A stretch of 64,000 nt of DNA from an uncultured Nitrospiraceae bacterium. Its GTDB lineage: Bacteria > Nitrospirota > Thermodesulfovibrionia > Thermodesulfovibrionales > SM23-35. The position numbers and the translations under genes were made by a program. Position 1 is the stretch's first letter; every line of letters starts with the position of its first letter. The notes under the pieces were generated by a model. That model saw only the letters and a list, made by a program, of their open reading frames with translations. It was not told the origin of the DNA and did no database searches. The stretch is taken from NCBI GenBank assembly GCA_963727775.1, contig CAVSHB010000001.1, forward strand, positions 672,001-736,000, given 5' to 3'. Below, in pieces: positions 30,464-40,229 of this stretch.

Positions 30464-30522
30464 TTTAATGCCCTCCTTTCGTGTTCTTGCTTTTAGGATA
30501 CATCGGATTCCGACAGGAGTCT

Positions 30523-30536
30523 TTGATTTAAGTCAA
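30523..30536. promoter_or_regulatory. Fnr/Crp-family (HcpR/Dnr-like) box
   Basis: TTGAT-TTAA-GTCAA, 60 nt upstream of the Fe-S gene start; one mismatch to TTGAT-N4-ATCAA. Confidence 0.65.
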
Positions 30537-30773
30537 GAGGCTGAAAAATATTTCTCCCCATCAACAACTCACAGAAATTGTTGTTTGAAAGGTGAGGTCA
30601 TCCCCTGAGAGTTTCGAATGGTTATTGATAGTGGTGTTTTGAAAACTTCACCTCCTACAAACATTGTTTTTTGAGTGGAGGAGAAAACTATCGATTTACC
30701 GCAGAAATACGCAGTTAAGGCGGAGGCTCATGGTAAGTGCCTATGCAGTTTCGCGATCCCATAAAGCGTGTGG

Positions 30774-31466
30774 TTATGTTTCGGATAATATTTCATCTTT
30801 CATCAAGATAATGCAAATAAGTATCGAAAACACTACTATCAACAAAACTAATATGCCGAAAAACCCCATTATAAATAAATCTACAAAAGGTACAAAAGCG
30901 TAATCGTAATTTCCCGTGACTTTTAAGCGAGGATTCAACATTGATAGCTTCATATCGGGATGCATTACTTGTAAATGAATAAATACATTCTCTCTAGGAT
31001 AAGCCAAAATACCAGCAAGACCATATTCGAATGCATAATGATCCCCACTACTCCACAGTTTTGAACCAGCTTCCCTGAAAGGTTCATCGGTAGTAAAGTA
31101 CCAGTTTCTTATTAGTCTATCCATACGAGTTCCGTTTTTCTTCAAAGAGTAGACTTCGATCTTCAGCTTCAAAGGTCTTTTTACACGATCCAATTCTTCG
31201 CCTCTCATTTGTGTATCTCTGTCAACAACTAAGGAAACACGGCCTTCACCTTTTCGAGAATTCCAGGTGCCGTTTGGTACTTTCCATGTATAATTTCCTT
31301 CTTTATCAATTTTTATGTTCTCAATAATGATTGGATGCGCGACCATTGCTTTAATGTGTATAAATTCTTCTAGCCGATAAGCAACAACGGCGATAACAGC
31401 CAACACTATGAGAATCAGAGAAGATAAGATGGGACTGGCTTCAAATATTTTTGTTATTTTGTTCAT
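30774..31466 (-). CDS. Hypothetical membrane protein (2 TM with soluble loop)
   Basis: 230-aa AT-rich ORF with N- and C-terminal hydrophobic helices. Confidence 0.7.
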   Translation of the reverse strand: MNKITKIFEASPILSSLILIVLAVIAVVAYRLEEFIHIKAMVAHPIIIENIKIDKEGNYTWKVPNGTWNSRKGEGRVSLVVDRDTQMRGEELDRVKRPLKLKIEVYSLKKNGTRMDRLIRNWYFTTDEPFREAGSKLWSSGDHYAFEYGLAGILAYPRENVFIHLQVMHPDMKLSMLNPRLKVTGNYDYAFVPFVDLFIMGFFGILVLLIVVFSILICIILMKDEILSET

Positions 31467-31548
31467 ATTGAACTGAACATTCCTCTATGAAGATATTTTT
31501 TATCGAATGAAGCAATGCGGCTTTTAATACTGATATGTATTGCATGCA

Positions 31549-31947
31549 CTATAGTTCCGCAAGCCCCCGACCTAAACTTCCAGAGAAAATCAAATAAAGA
31601 AAAAAAATAAGAACGGGGAGAGCAACCAATAATGCCACAACAATCACAAAATGCCACATATACAATTCTTTCTTTTCTTCTGATTCCCCCCAAAACAAAA
31701 CATGAGCCACACGCTTTGGGAAGAGCGAAATACTAAATAGGGGCAACAAGATCAAGGCCCCAACTAATAAAAATCCAATGCTGGCCGCCATTTCATTAAA
31801 TCCAAGAAGAGCAATCAAAATGACAAGCAAAACAAGAGGGATTGTGCCCAAAAATATTATAAAGCGCAACACATTGAAAAGGCTCTTATCTGTCACTCCA
31901 TACCATCCTTTCCCCTGCTTATCTATTATCAGTTGTACCACGCACAA
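31549..31947 (-). CDS. Hypothetical membrane protein
   Basis: Three hydrophobic segments; start uncertain. Confidence 0.6.
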   Translation of the reverse strand: MCVVQLIIDKQGKGWYGVTDKSLFNVLRFIIFLGTIPLVLLVILIALLGFNEMAASIGFLLVGALILLPLFSISLFPKRVAHVLFWGESEEKKELYMWHFVIVVALLVALPVLIFFLYLIFSGSLGRGLAEL

Positions 31948-32114
31948 TTATATCAGGTTTCGATCTTGCGGACTTCAGGACGCAGTGTTGCACAGATAAA
32001 CAACTCGGGATAGAAAGATGGTACAATCTTATGTGCGGAAAAAGTTACGAATTATCAGGGCCAGTAGTAAACACGCATCTTTCAGTTTTTAGTCAGTTTT
32101 GTAAGGGAGTATAA

Positions 32115-33785
32115 ATGAATAATATTTACTCGCCACACCAAAATCTGTCAACATCCAGACTGCGTACATTTGCCGCATTTTCCGTATTGCTGGCATTGCT
32201 TTGTTGCGCCCGCGAAGGTACTGGAGGAGAAAACGCCTTGCTCCAAAATAGTGATGCCCATCGTATTGATCAAAGCGCAACTGTACCCCGAGATTTTTTA
32301 TTTGACGGTGACGTTAAGGAATGGCAAGGTACAACTCCAACGTTCGCTCTCTCTAAATATCAGTCTCTCGGGCGGGAGGGAAATATCTGGATCGGACAAA
32401 CCGAACAAGGGCTCATTATCTCGGGAAAGATTCGGGGCGATAAGCCGCGCTGGCCCAAAGCGCCGGATAAAATGGCGGTGAGTGACCATGTCGAAGTCTG
32501 GCTATCGGACGCGAACGAATTGGAGCTTCCACCGATCGGGTGGGGAAATCAGTTTGGTAATGAACTACTGACAGCGGAAACAGATTGTAACCGCTTCCAA
32601 TCCGAGGACACGCGCAAGTCGAACAAAGATGCTGTCAAGGAATGCACATCTTGGTATAAAGCACAGCTCAAATACCGAAAATCCTTCAACAAGCTCTTCG
32701 TCCGCCAGTGGCAAATTGCACCCGGGTTGGCAGTAGAAACGTACTCTTCCCCTGCCTTTCTTTCTTTTGATCAGGCCATCCAAAAAAAGCTTCGTTTGCT
32801 GAAACCGTCTGGATCGCCAGACGTCAAAATACGGGAAGCTACCGGCAAGGATCATGCGTACAGTTTTGAAATAGTGATACCATGGAACGCATTCCCCCCG
32901 CTGAAACCACTGCAGCTCAAGAATATCAGAATCATGGTAGACATATTCAGCCCCGGTCCTGGAAAACGCAAGTACGGTGCCTTTTCGTCGACGTCTCCCA
33001 ACCGGAAATACGGCGTGGTTCAAACATTCAATACACTTACGCTGAAACCGAGAGACTATTACCTGACCCCGTGCAAATACGATCTTCCGAACTCTGATCC
33101 CATTATATCGCTTGATCCGTCAGTTCGATACTTATCTGCTTCCGAAGCAGCACAATTATATTTTTTACCTGCTGAGGACTTGGACCTGCGCACGCTTCTT
33201 CTTCTGGACAATGAGGTGCAGGGTTACCAGTACAATGTGGACCCGAAAAGCAATTCTCCCATCGTCCATCCCGTAAACTTTTTTACCCTGCAGATAGCTC
33301 CACAAGAACTGATATGTGGACCTCGATTGGCATACGTACAGAACGGCACGGTCTACAAATGGGAGAATTTTGTTTTTGACTCTCAGAAGTTCTTTGAAGC
33401 GAGAAAGCTCAGCGATGGTTCGATTCTCATCAAGGAGGGACCGCGGGTTTTCTTTTCCTACTATGGTTCGGGGCAATGTGGCGCTTGCCCGCGTGTGCTG
33501 CTCAATATTATTCATATCGATACACGGAATAAAATAGCGTCCAAAGCTTACGTGTATGAAGGAATGACCCAAACTCAAATCAGCGATATTGACATCCATG
33601 TTCCCGATGATTGGAAGACGGTAACAATATTTGAGGAACACGTTGATAGAGGGAATGGCGGTGAAAATCGCCCGTGGTCAAAAAGCGACTATTGTCTTGA
33701 TCTGACAGCCGGAGAATACAACGCGTGCGGGAATCAAGACCTCTCGCTACCTCCTGCTCCACGGGTTCTGGAGCCTGAAAAATGA
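32115..33785 (+). CDS. Hypothetical exported protein, possible DOMON/CBM9-like N-terminal domain
   Basis: Signal-like segment; DGDVKEW, DHVEVW, YSFEIVIPW; CGACP motif. Confidence 0.7.
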   Translation: MNNIYSPHQNLSTSRLRTFAAFSVLLALLCCAREGTGGENALLQNSDAHRIDQSATVPRDFLFDGDVKEWQGTTPTFALSKYQSLGREGNIWIGQTEQGLIISGKIRGDKPRWPKAPDKMAVSDHVEVWLSDANELELPPIGWGNQFGNELLTAETDCNRFQSEDTRKSNKDAVKECTSWYKAQLKYRKSFNKLFVRQWQIAPGLAVETYSSPAFLSFDQAIQKKLRLLKPSGSPDVKIREATGKDHAYSFEIVIPWNAFPPLKPLQLKNIRIMVDIFSPGPGKRKYGAFSSTSPNRKYGVVQTFNTLTLKPRDYYLTPCKYDLPNSDPIISLDPSVRYLSASEAAQLYFLPAEDLDLRTLLLLDNEVQGYQYNVDPKSNSPIVHPVNFFTLQIAPQELICGPRLAYVQNGTVYKWENFVFDSQKFFEARKLSDGSILIKEGPRVFFSYYGSGQCGACPRVLLNIIHIDTRNKIASKAYVYEGMTQTQISDIDIHVPDDWKTVTIFEEHVDRGNGGENRPWSKSDYCLDLTAGEYNACGNQDLSLPPAPRVLEPEK

Positions 33786-33997
33786 AAAAGAGATTATAGA
33801 AGATAACCCGCAACAACAACGGCTTTAATCATTAATTGCCATTTATACTCCACACAATTATATCACGGTCTGTAGGTGTTGGCTTCAGGAAGAAAATGAA
33901 AAACAGATTTCCACCGTTTCTTTTGGTAATTGGGATATATTATCCTCACGGAATTTTAAGAACGCCTGTCCTAAGTGGGTACCCTAAACATATTATA

Positions 33998-34666
33998 TTA
34001 TTCTGAAAATATTCTTAATTTTTCCGGATCAGTGATAACGATTGTGTTATCTTTCTCGCTGATAAGTTTTTGCTGTTTGAGAAATGCCAGTGCCCTCGAC
34101 AGGGTTTCCGGGATTGTTCCAAGAAGTGAGGCAAGCTCTTTTTTCGAATATTTGAGCCTGCAAACCATATTATTATTTTCAACGGTGCCGTTTTCTATCA
34201 GATAGCCTGCAAGCCTTGCTTTAATATCTTTCAGAGATAATTCTTCAATTTTCGCAACAAATTGTCGTAACCTTTTTGAATAACCGCTCATCATCTTCAA
34301 TGACAGTTCAGGATGTTCTTTGATGAGATTGATAATTCCTTCCCGGGAAATACGCACCAATACCGTGTCTTCGAGAGCGGCGCAGGACGCGGGATAAACC
34401 ATGGAATCGAATATGGCAGCCTCTGCCACAAGGTCTCCGGGGCTGTGGATATGTAAGGTATGCTCCTTGCCGTCGGCGGAGATTTTATATATCTTGATCT
34501 TGCCTGTGACGACGATAAAAAATGCTGAGGCGTCGCGACCCTCTGAAAATATCTCTTCTCCTTTTTGGACGGATTTCAGGGAGGCCGATGTTAAGAGCAG
34601 GCCGATTTCATTGCCGGTGAATGAATGAAACAGAAATGTATTAGAAAGGAATGTGCGAATATCCAT
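33998..34666 (-). CDS. Crp/Fnr family transcriptional regulator
   Basis: KGEEIFSEG, G.IKIYK.S.DGKE, YPAS, HTH KKELASLLGTIPETLSR; start MDIRTF at 34666. Confidence 0.95.
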   Translation of the reverse strand: MDIRTFLSNTFLFHSFTGNEIGLLLTSASLKSVQKGEEIFSEGRDASAFFIVVTGKIKIYKISADGKEHTLHIHSPGDLVAEAAIFDSMVYPASCAALEDTVLVRISREGIINLIKEHPELSLKMMSGYSKRLRQFVAKIEELSLKDIKARLAGYLIENGTVENNNMVCRLKYSKKELASLLGTIPETLSRALAFLKQQKLISEKDNTIVITDPEKLRIFSE

Positions 34667-34733
34667 ATTGATCCATTTTATATTATTTCGATTATAATCA
34701 AAAGGCAAAGGAACTTCATTAAGTACAGCTACC

Positions 34734-35375
34734 ATGAAAAATAGAAAGGTATCAATACGCCTTCGCTTTCCGGAAGAGGAGAAGCATCTTCCGTGGCTCC
34801 CCTTATTATTGGACGCTTTTGCCATCATTGACAAAGGCGTCTCCATAGCCATAAAGGAACATGAAAAGAAATTAAAAACTAAGCTTGCCTGCACAAAAGG
34901 TTGTGGATCCTGCTGTCGCACTCATAGTGATATCCCACTTTACCCATTGGAAACGGTCGGAATTTACTGGTATACCATCGAAAAGTTGGGCCAACCCCTG
35001 CGCGAAATCTTAAAAAAACAACTTATGGAACACCGGAAAGGCCACCCCTGTCCTTTTCAAGTTGACAACGCCTGCTCTATTCATCCTTTCCGTCCCATAG
35101 CGTGCAGACAGTTCAATGTCTTTGCTGCGCCGTGCGCAGAAGGCGAAGACCCATACTATACGCGAAGGGAAGATGTCCTGACCCCGATTGAAAAATACGC
35201 TCACCAGGCGATTATGGTGATGCTCCCGTTTTATGACATCACTGATGAAGCAGCTAAAAGGCATGCTGTCAAAAGCGGTTTCATACACACACAAGTCCGC
35301 GTGCTTCCTGCTTGCGATTGGAAGGCACTGGCAATTAGGATGAACGAGTTCGACCTCTCCAAACAGCAGGGATGA
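34734..35375 (+). CDS. YkgJ family cysteine-cluster protein
   Basis: CTKGCGSCC, CPFQ...CSIHPFRPIACRQF. Confidence 0.88.
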   Translation: MKNRKVSIRLRFPEEEKHLPWLPLLLDAFAIIDKGVSIAIKEHEKKLKTKLACTKGCGSCCRTHSDIPLYPLETVGIYWYTIEKLGQPLREILKKQLMEHRKGHPCPFQVDNACSIHPFRPIACRQFNVFAAPCAEGEDPYYTRREDVLTPIEKYAHQAIMVMLPFYDITDEAAKRHAVKSGFIHTQVRVLPACDWKALAIRMNEFDLSKQQG

Positions 35376-35417
35376 AAATAGAAAAAGGGACGAAAGAAAT
35401 CTAATTGCAGTTTTGGG

Positions 35418-37346
35418 TTAAATCGATATAGGATCAACGTCGACTTTGATTTTCACATCTTTTGAGGCTTTGAATGCTTTAGTAATGTTACGGGCGGCAG
35501 CATGCAGCAACCCGCGAACAGAAGATTTCAGAAGGACCTTGAATTCATTTTCTCCTTTGGTGTTTTTTGAAACGAACGGCCCAATTATTTCAACCTCGTT
35601 ATAAGTTGTTTTTATGATCCCGGACAGTTCTGTCAGCAGGTCCCTCCTGCTTGAAAATTTAATCAGTAAAAGCCTTGAAAACGGCGGATAGCAGAGCATC
35701 TTCCGACGGCCCAGTTCTTCATTAAAAAATGAAAGGTGATCATAATTTTTCAGGCATTGGAAAAGATAGTTTTGCGGCATTCTCGTCTGTATAAAGATAT
35801 CCCCCCCGGGTTCGATCGCATCTGTAATCGAAAGGATTTCCTGATATGCCTTCTCAGCAGACCTGAAATCAGGGATATTGAGCAATAGGTCTGTATTTAA
35901 GACAGCTGCCATTGAAAAACCCTTGGCAGCACCCAGTCTATGCGTCATAAGTTTTGTGCCGATGAATATCCTGTTATCATCCAAAAACATTGTCCCGACG
36001 AGCCGTTCTATCTCGGATTTTTTCTTTGCCCTGTCACTGTCAAGCCTGAGAGTTTTTATTCCCATGAGTTTCTCAAGGTCTTCCTGCACCCTCTGTGTTC
36101 CCGCTCCTATCAGTTTCAGATTATAGCCGGAACATTTGCTGCAATGCTCAGGAACCTTAGGCAGAGTGTGTCCGCAGTAATGACACTTCATCGACATGTC
36201 CTGTTTATGAAAGACCAAGGGGATCCTGCAAGCAGGACATTCTTCAACATGACTGCAGTCCATGCATTGAAGCGTCGAGTGCCCTCTTCTGTTTACGACA
36301 AACATGACCTTTTTATCGTTCCTGACATGCCTTTGCGCTGCATCGAAGACCTTCTTTGAAAGGTAAGGTCTGAGGCGGTTTTCATATCTCATGTCGATGA
36401 TTTTTACTTTAGGTTTTTTCGCGTCAACTGACGGGGCCAGTAAGGTGTATTTGCCTATTTTGCTGTTATAGGCAGACTCGATGGAGGGACATATGGATGA
36501 CAGGAGCACTGTCGCTTTTTCAATATATCCTCTCATTACTGCGACATCCCTGCCGTTATAGCAGATCCCCCCTTCCTGTTTGTATGAACCGCTGTGTTCA
36601 TGCAGTACGGCGATTAGTGCCACTCTCTTCATCGGCGCAAAAACAGCGGACCGCGTGCCGACTATAATATCGGAAACGCCGGAGGTTATCCTGTCTATCG
36701 CCTCAGACCTTTGCCCCCTGCTCAGATCGCCATGGAAAACGCAGACCCTTTCACCGAACTTCCCGGCCAAAAACGCGTAAAAATTATTGACGCCGGCGAC
36801 CTCCGGAATGAGAATGAGTACGTTTTTAGTCCCGCTAAGTATATGCGTCATAAACGAGTATTCATAGAAGACAGAGGGTGCGTGAAGAAGAAATGACCTG
36901 TATGTTTTATTTCTTATGGTTTCTATAATTTCATCTGACTTATCTTTATCATTATGAGTAATATCCCGGATATAGTCGAATCGGTTGTCCCCATGAAGTA
37001 CAGGACGGGCGGGTTTTCCCCTCCGTTTTACCTTTGTAAATGCCTCTTTGGGAAGCATATTCTTGAGGACGAGGCCATATTCGGCGAGATAGTATCCCGA
37101 CATCCATTTGAGGAGGCTCATCATCTTACTGCTCAATACAGGGGTATTACCATGAACTTCCTGAATGTCCTTTATTTTCCCGGACGGTATTCGCGTGGAT
37201 ATTCCAAAAACGACGCCCTTCGTGGTTTTGCTTCTTAAGGGCGCGCTGACAAGCATGCCCGGCCTTACGGACTCCACATATGGTTCAGGGCATCGATAGG
37301 TTAGAGGGCCGATGTTTACGGGAAAGATGACATCAAGAAAATCCAT
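35418..37346 (-). CDS. priA: Primosomal protein N' (PriA) with degenerate helicase motifs
   Basis: N-terminal 3'-binding domain, VGTRSAVFAP, SYKQ, four CxxC Zn motifs, GTQRV, PDFRSAE, YPPF, VDVDP. Confidence 0.92.
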   Translation of the reverse strand: MDFLDVIFPVNIGPLTYRCPEPYVESVRPGMLVSAPLRSKTTKGVVFGISTRIPSGKIKDIQEVHGNTPVLSSKMMSLLKWMSGYYLAEYGLVLKNMLPKEAFTKVKRRGKPARPVLHGDNRFDYIRDITHNDKDKSDEIIETIRNKTYRSFLLHAPSVFYEYSFMTHILSGTKNVLILIPEVAGVNNFYAFLAGKFGERVCVFHGDLSRGQRSEAIDRITSGVSDIIVGTRSAVFAPMKRVALIAVLHEHSGSYKQEGGICYNGRDVAVMRGYIEKATVLLSSICPSIESAYNSKIGKYTLLAPSVDAKKPKVKIIDMRYENRLRPYLSKKVFDAAQRHVRNDKKVMFVVNRRGHSTLQCMDCSHVEECPACRIPLVFHKQDMSMKCHYCGHTLPKVPEHCSKCSGYNLKLIGAGTQRVQEDLEKLMGIKTLRLDSDRAKKKSEIERLVGTMFLDDNRIFIGTKLMTHRLGAAKGFSMAAVLNTDLLLNIPDFRSAEKAYQEILSITDAIEPGGDIFIQTRMPQNYLFQCLKNYDHLSFFNEELGRRKMLCYPPFSRLLLIKFSSRRDLLTELSGIIKTTYNEVEIIGPFVSKNTKGENEFKVLLKSSVRGLLHAAARNITKAFKASKDVKIKVDVDPISI

Positions 37347-37398
37347 ATAAAATTTTATCACATTGTTCTCAATCTTATCTTTGTGTCATAATTTGGAT

Positions 37399-39111
37399 AT
37401 GCTGCTCAGAATATTGTCGCTGCTTATCATGACTGCTATAACAGTCTCATGCGCTACCTCAGAGGTAAGGGTGCGGGAGGAAAGGCCTTTGCCCCCAAAG
37501 GATTCCTACTACATGTTTATGCTCGGATACAATGCAGAAAAAGAGGGGAAGTGGGAAATTGCTGTTCAGCACTATAAGAAAGCTCTTGAGCTGGACCCTT
37601 CATCTGCTTACCTTAAAACGCAGATCAGTTATATGCTCCTCAGGAGCGGGAAGGTATCTGATGCAATATCTCTTGCCGAAGAGATCATTAAGACCGACCC
37701 GGACTATATACCGGCACTCACGCTTTTGGGCGAGCTCTACAACAGTCAGAAAAGGGCTGAACAGGCCATAAAAGTATACAGGAAAATTCTTCAGATACAG
37801 CCTGATAACCAGGATGCATCCCTGTTCCTCAGTCTTATTTATGCTTCCATGAAGGAATATGATAAAGCCATATCCATTCTCGATAATATCATTAAGTCCC
37901 ATCCTGATAATATAATGGGCATTTATTATATGGGTTCGATTTATATGGATAAGGGGGACCTTCAAAAGGCCTCGGAGTATTTTGAGAAGGTAATAACGCA
38001 GAGACCCGGCTTTGACACTGCGTATCTTAATTTGGGGCTGATCAACGAGATACAAGACAAATTGACAAAAGCTGAGGAATTTTATAATAAGGCGCTTGCC
38101 ATAAATCCCAACAATATCCAGGCCAGAGAAAGACTTGCAAAAATTTATTTCAAACAAAAAGCGACTGAAAAAGCAATCGATCAGTATAAAGAGATCAGCT
38201 CACAGGTCCCTGTAAATATTGAAGTGCATATAAATCTCGGCATGCTCTATTTTGAAGATATGCAATATGATAAGGCGATTGAGGAATTCAGGATTGTCCT
38301 TGAATCAAGGCCTAACAATACCTCGATAAGATATTACCTTGCTCTGGCGCTTGGAGAGATTGATAGAAACGAAGAGGCCATAGCGGAGTTAAAAAAGATA
38401 ATCCTGCAGGAACCAAAAAATCTGAGCGCGTTCCTTTTTTTAGGGGTCTTATACTCTAAGCTTGACCGGGAAGATGAAGCAATTTCCGTTTATGAAGAAA
38501 TACTGAGTTTCGAAAAGGAGAAAGCCGAGGTTTATCTATATCTTGCCGTAACATACCTCCACAAAAAAGACTATGGCAAGGCAGAGGCTGTATTGAAAGA
38601 CGCACTCAGCCGGTTTAAGGACAATGACGAATTGAATTTTAATCTCGCCGTAGTATTTGAAAAAACAGGCAGATTTGATGAGATGGTAAAGTATCTGGAA
38701 AAAGTGATCGAGCTCAATCCCCAGCATGCTGATGCGCTCAATTATTTAGGGTACAGTTACGCTGAAAAAGGTATTCATATCGAAGAAGCATTGTCGCTCA
38801 TTCAGAGGGCTGCCGCCCTTAAGCCTGATAACGGCTATATTATGGACAGCCTCGGATGGGTTTATTTTAAATCGGGGAAATACGATAAAGCGCTGAAGGT
38901 TTTATTGAACGCAGTCGAGATAGTAAAGGATGATCCTGTCTTATTGGAACATCTGGGGGATGTCTATAATGCTATGGGGATTAAAGATAAGGCCGGAGAA
39001 TATTGGAAAAAGGCGCTTGAGTTTCATAAGGAAAGCGATGAAGAAGGATTCAAAGAGAGAGTCGGAAAGAAAATAAAAGAACTCGGACACGGTGATAGGG
39101 AGACACGGTGA
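37399..39111 (+). CDS. TPR-repeat lipoprotein
   Basis: VSC lipobox-like site, many TPRs, ALNYLGYSYAE, DSLGWVYF, EHLGDVY; usual neighbour of ispE. Confidence 0.9.
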   Translation: MLLRILSLLIMTAITVSCATSEVRVREERPLPPKDSYYMFMLGYNAEKEGKWEIAVQHYKKALELDPSSAYLKTQISYMLLRSGKVSDAISLAEEIIKTDPDYIPALTLLGELYNSQKRAEQAIKVYRKILQIQPDNQDASLFLSLIYASMKEYDKAISILDNIIKSHPDNIMGIYYMGSIYMDKGDLQKASEYFEKVITQRPGFDTAYLNLGLINEIQDKLTKAEEFYNKALAINPNNIQARERLAKIYFKQKATEKAIDQYKEISSQVPVNIEVHINLGMLYFEDMQYDKAIEEFRIVLESRPNNTSIRYYLALALGEIDRNEEAIAELKKIILQEPKNLSAFLFLGVLYSKLDREDEAISVYEEILSFEKEKAEVYLYLAVTYLHKKDYGKAEAVLKDALSRFKDNDELNFNLAVVFEKTGRFDEMVKYLEKVIELNPQHADALNYLGYSYAEKGIHIEEALSLIQRAAALKPDNGYIMDSLGWVYFKSGKYDKALKVLLNAVEIVKDDPVLLEHLGDVYNAMGIKDKAGEYWKKALEFHKESDEEGFKERVGKKIKELGHGDRETR

Positions 39112-40025
39112 CCCTGCGAGTTTCCTCTCCGAGTCCCTGTATCCCATGGTCTCCGAATCAAGGTTTCTCCCTAAGGGCCCCTGCAAAAATTAACTGGTTT
39201 CTTCAAATCCCGGGGCAAAGAGATGACGGTTACCACGATATTATAAGCCTCATGCAGTGTGTCGACCTGTATGATGACCTCGAATTTGAACATGCTGATT
39301 CTTTAACGGTGGTGTGTAATAACCCTGATATACCATTAAGCGATAACACCGTGTTTAAAGCTGCGTCTTTGCTCAGGAAATATACTTCGTACAGCGGTGG
39401 CGCCAGAGTAGTCTTACAGAAGAATATCCCGGTTAGCGCGGGTCTCGGAGGCGGCAGCAGTGACGCGGCTTATACTCTTTTAGGTCTTAACCTGTTATGG
39501 GGACTCGGCCTAAACAAAAAAAAATTAAGCTCTATAGCTATTGAAATAGGCTCGGATGTCCCTTTTTTTTTGAACGGACCGGCTGCCTTAGTTGAGGGCA
39601 AGGGCGAAAAGGTAAAGTCATTTAAAGTAAAAGGTTCTGTCGTTTTGCTTCTCGTAAAACCCCGGGTATCAGTTTCAACTGCGTGGGCCTACGCAGCTTT
39701 CGATGACCTGTATGCCGCCGAGTTGACAAAAAAAACGATTGATATTAAACTGTTTTGTCAGGCTCTGAACAGGAAGGATTTCGCCGTTCTCGGAAATGTG
39801 CTCACAAATGACCTTGAAGAGGCGGTCACTGAAAGATATCCGGTTGTAGGGAAGATTAAGCGTCGGCTGATTGAGATGGGCGCGTTGATTTCTGCGATGA
39901 GCGGCAGCGGGCCTACCGTTTTTGGTGTTTTTGACAGCAAGAATAGGGCAGAGAAGGCTGCTGAGGCAATGTACCTTTATTTGTGCCGCGTAGTTGAGAC
40001 CCTGGCAACAGTGAATAGCAAATAA
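39108..40025 (+). CDS. ispE: 4-diphosphocytidyl-2-C-methyl-D-erythritol kinase
   Basis: APAKIN, KNIPVSAGLGGGSSDAA, GSDVPFF, NDLE, MSGSGPTVFG. Confidence 0.96.
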   Translation: MTLRVSSPSPCIPWSPNQGFSLRAPAKINWFLQIPGQRDDGYHDIISLMQCVDLYDDLEFEHADSLTVVCNNPDIPLSDNTVFKAASLLRKYTSYSGGARVVLQKNIPVSAGLGGGSSDAAYTLLGLNLLWGLGLNKKKLSSIAIEIGSDVPFFLNGPAALVEGKGEKVKSFKVKGSVVLLLVKPRVSVSTAWAYAAFDDLYAAELTKKTIDIKLFCQALNRKDFAVLGNVLTNDLEEAVTERYPVVGKIKRRLIEMGALISAMSGSGPTVFGVFDSKNRAEKAAEAMYLYLCRVVETLATVNSK

Positions 40026-40094
40026 CAGACGGTAACCAGTAGAGGGTATACAACGATTCTTAGTATATTCCCTGTTTGCTGTCTGCTGTCATGG

Positions 40095-40169
40095 TGGGGC
40101 GTCGACAAACGGCAAGTCAGGAGCCTTTGGAGCTCCCATCTGGAGGTTCGAATCCTCCCGCCCCAGCCA
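40095..40169 (+). tRNA. tRNA-Gln (TTG)
   Basis: Anticodon arm GGAGC-CTTTGGA-GCTCC, T-loop GGTTCGAATCC, 3' GCCA. Confidence 0.95.
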
Positions 40170-40229
40170 GGAAAGCTGATAGGAGAGCAAAGATATATAT
40201 ATTGAGTATCAATTTGATGAGGAGGAAAA

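Noticed and set aside
30600..31548. Integron attC sites around the hypothetical membrane genes
   Set aside because: Only an ACATAAC at one stop codon; no convincing paired L/R boxes and no intI
33998..34921. 307-aa version of the Crp/Fnr ORF
   Set aside because: The extra 85 aa overlap the divergent YkgJ gene; true start is 34666
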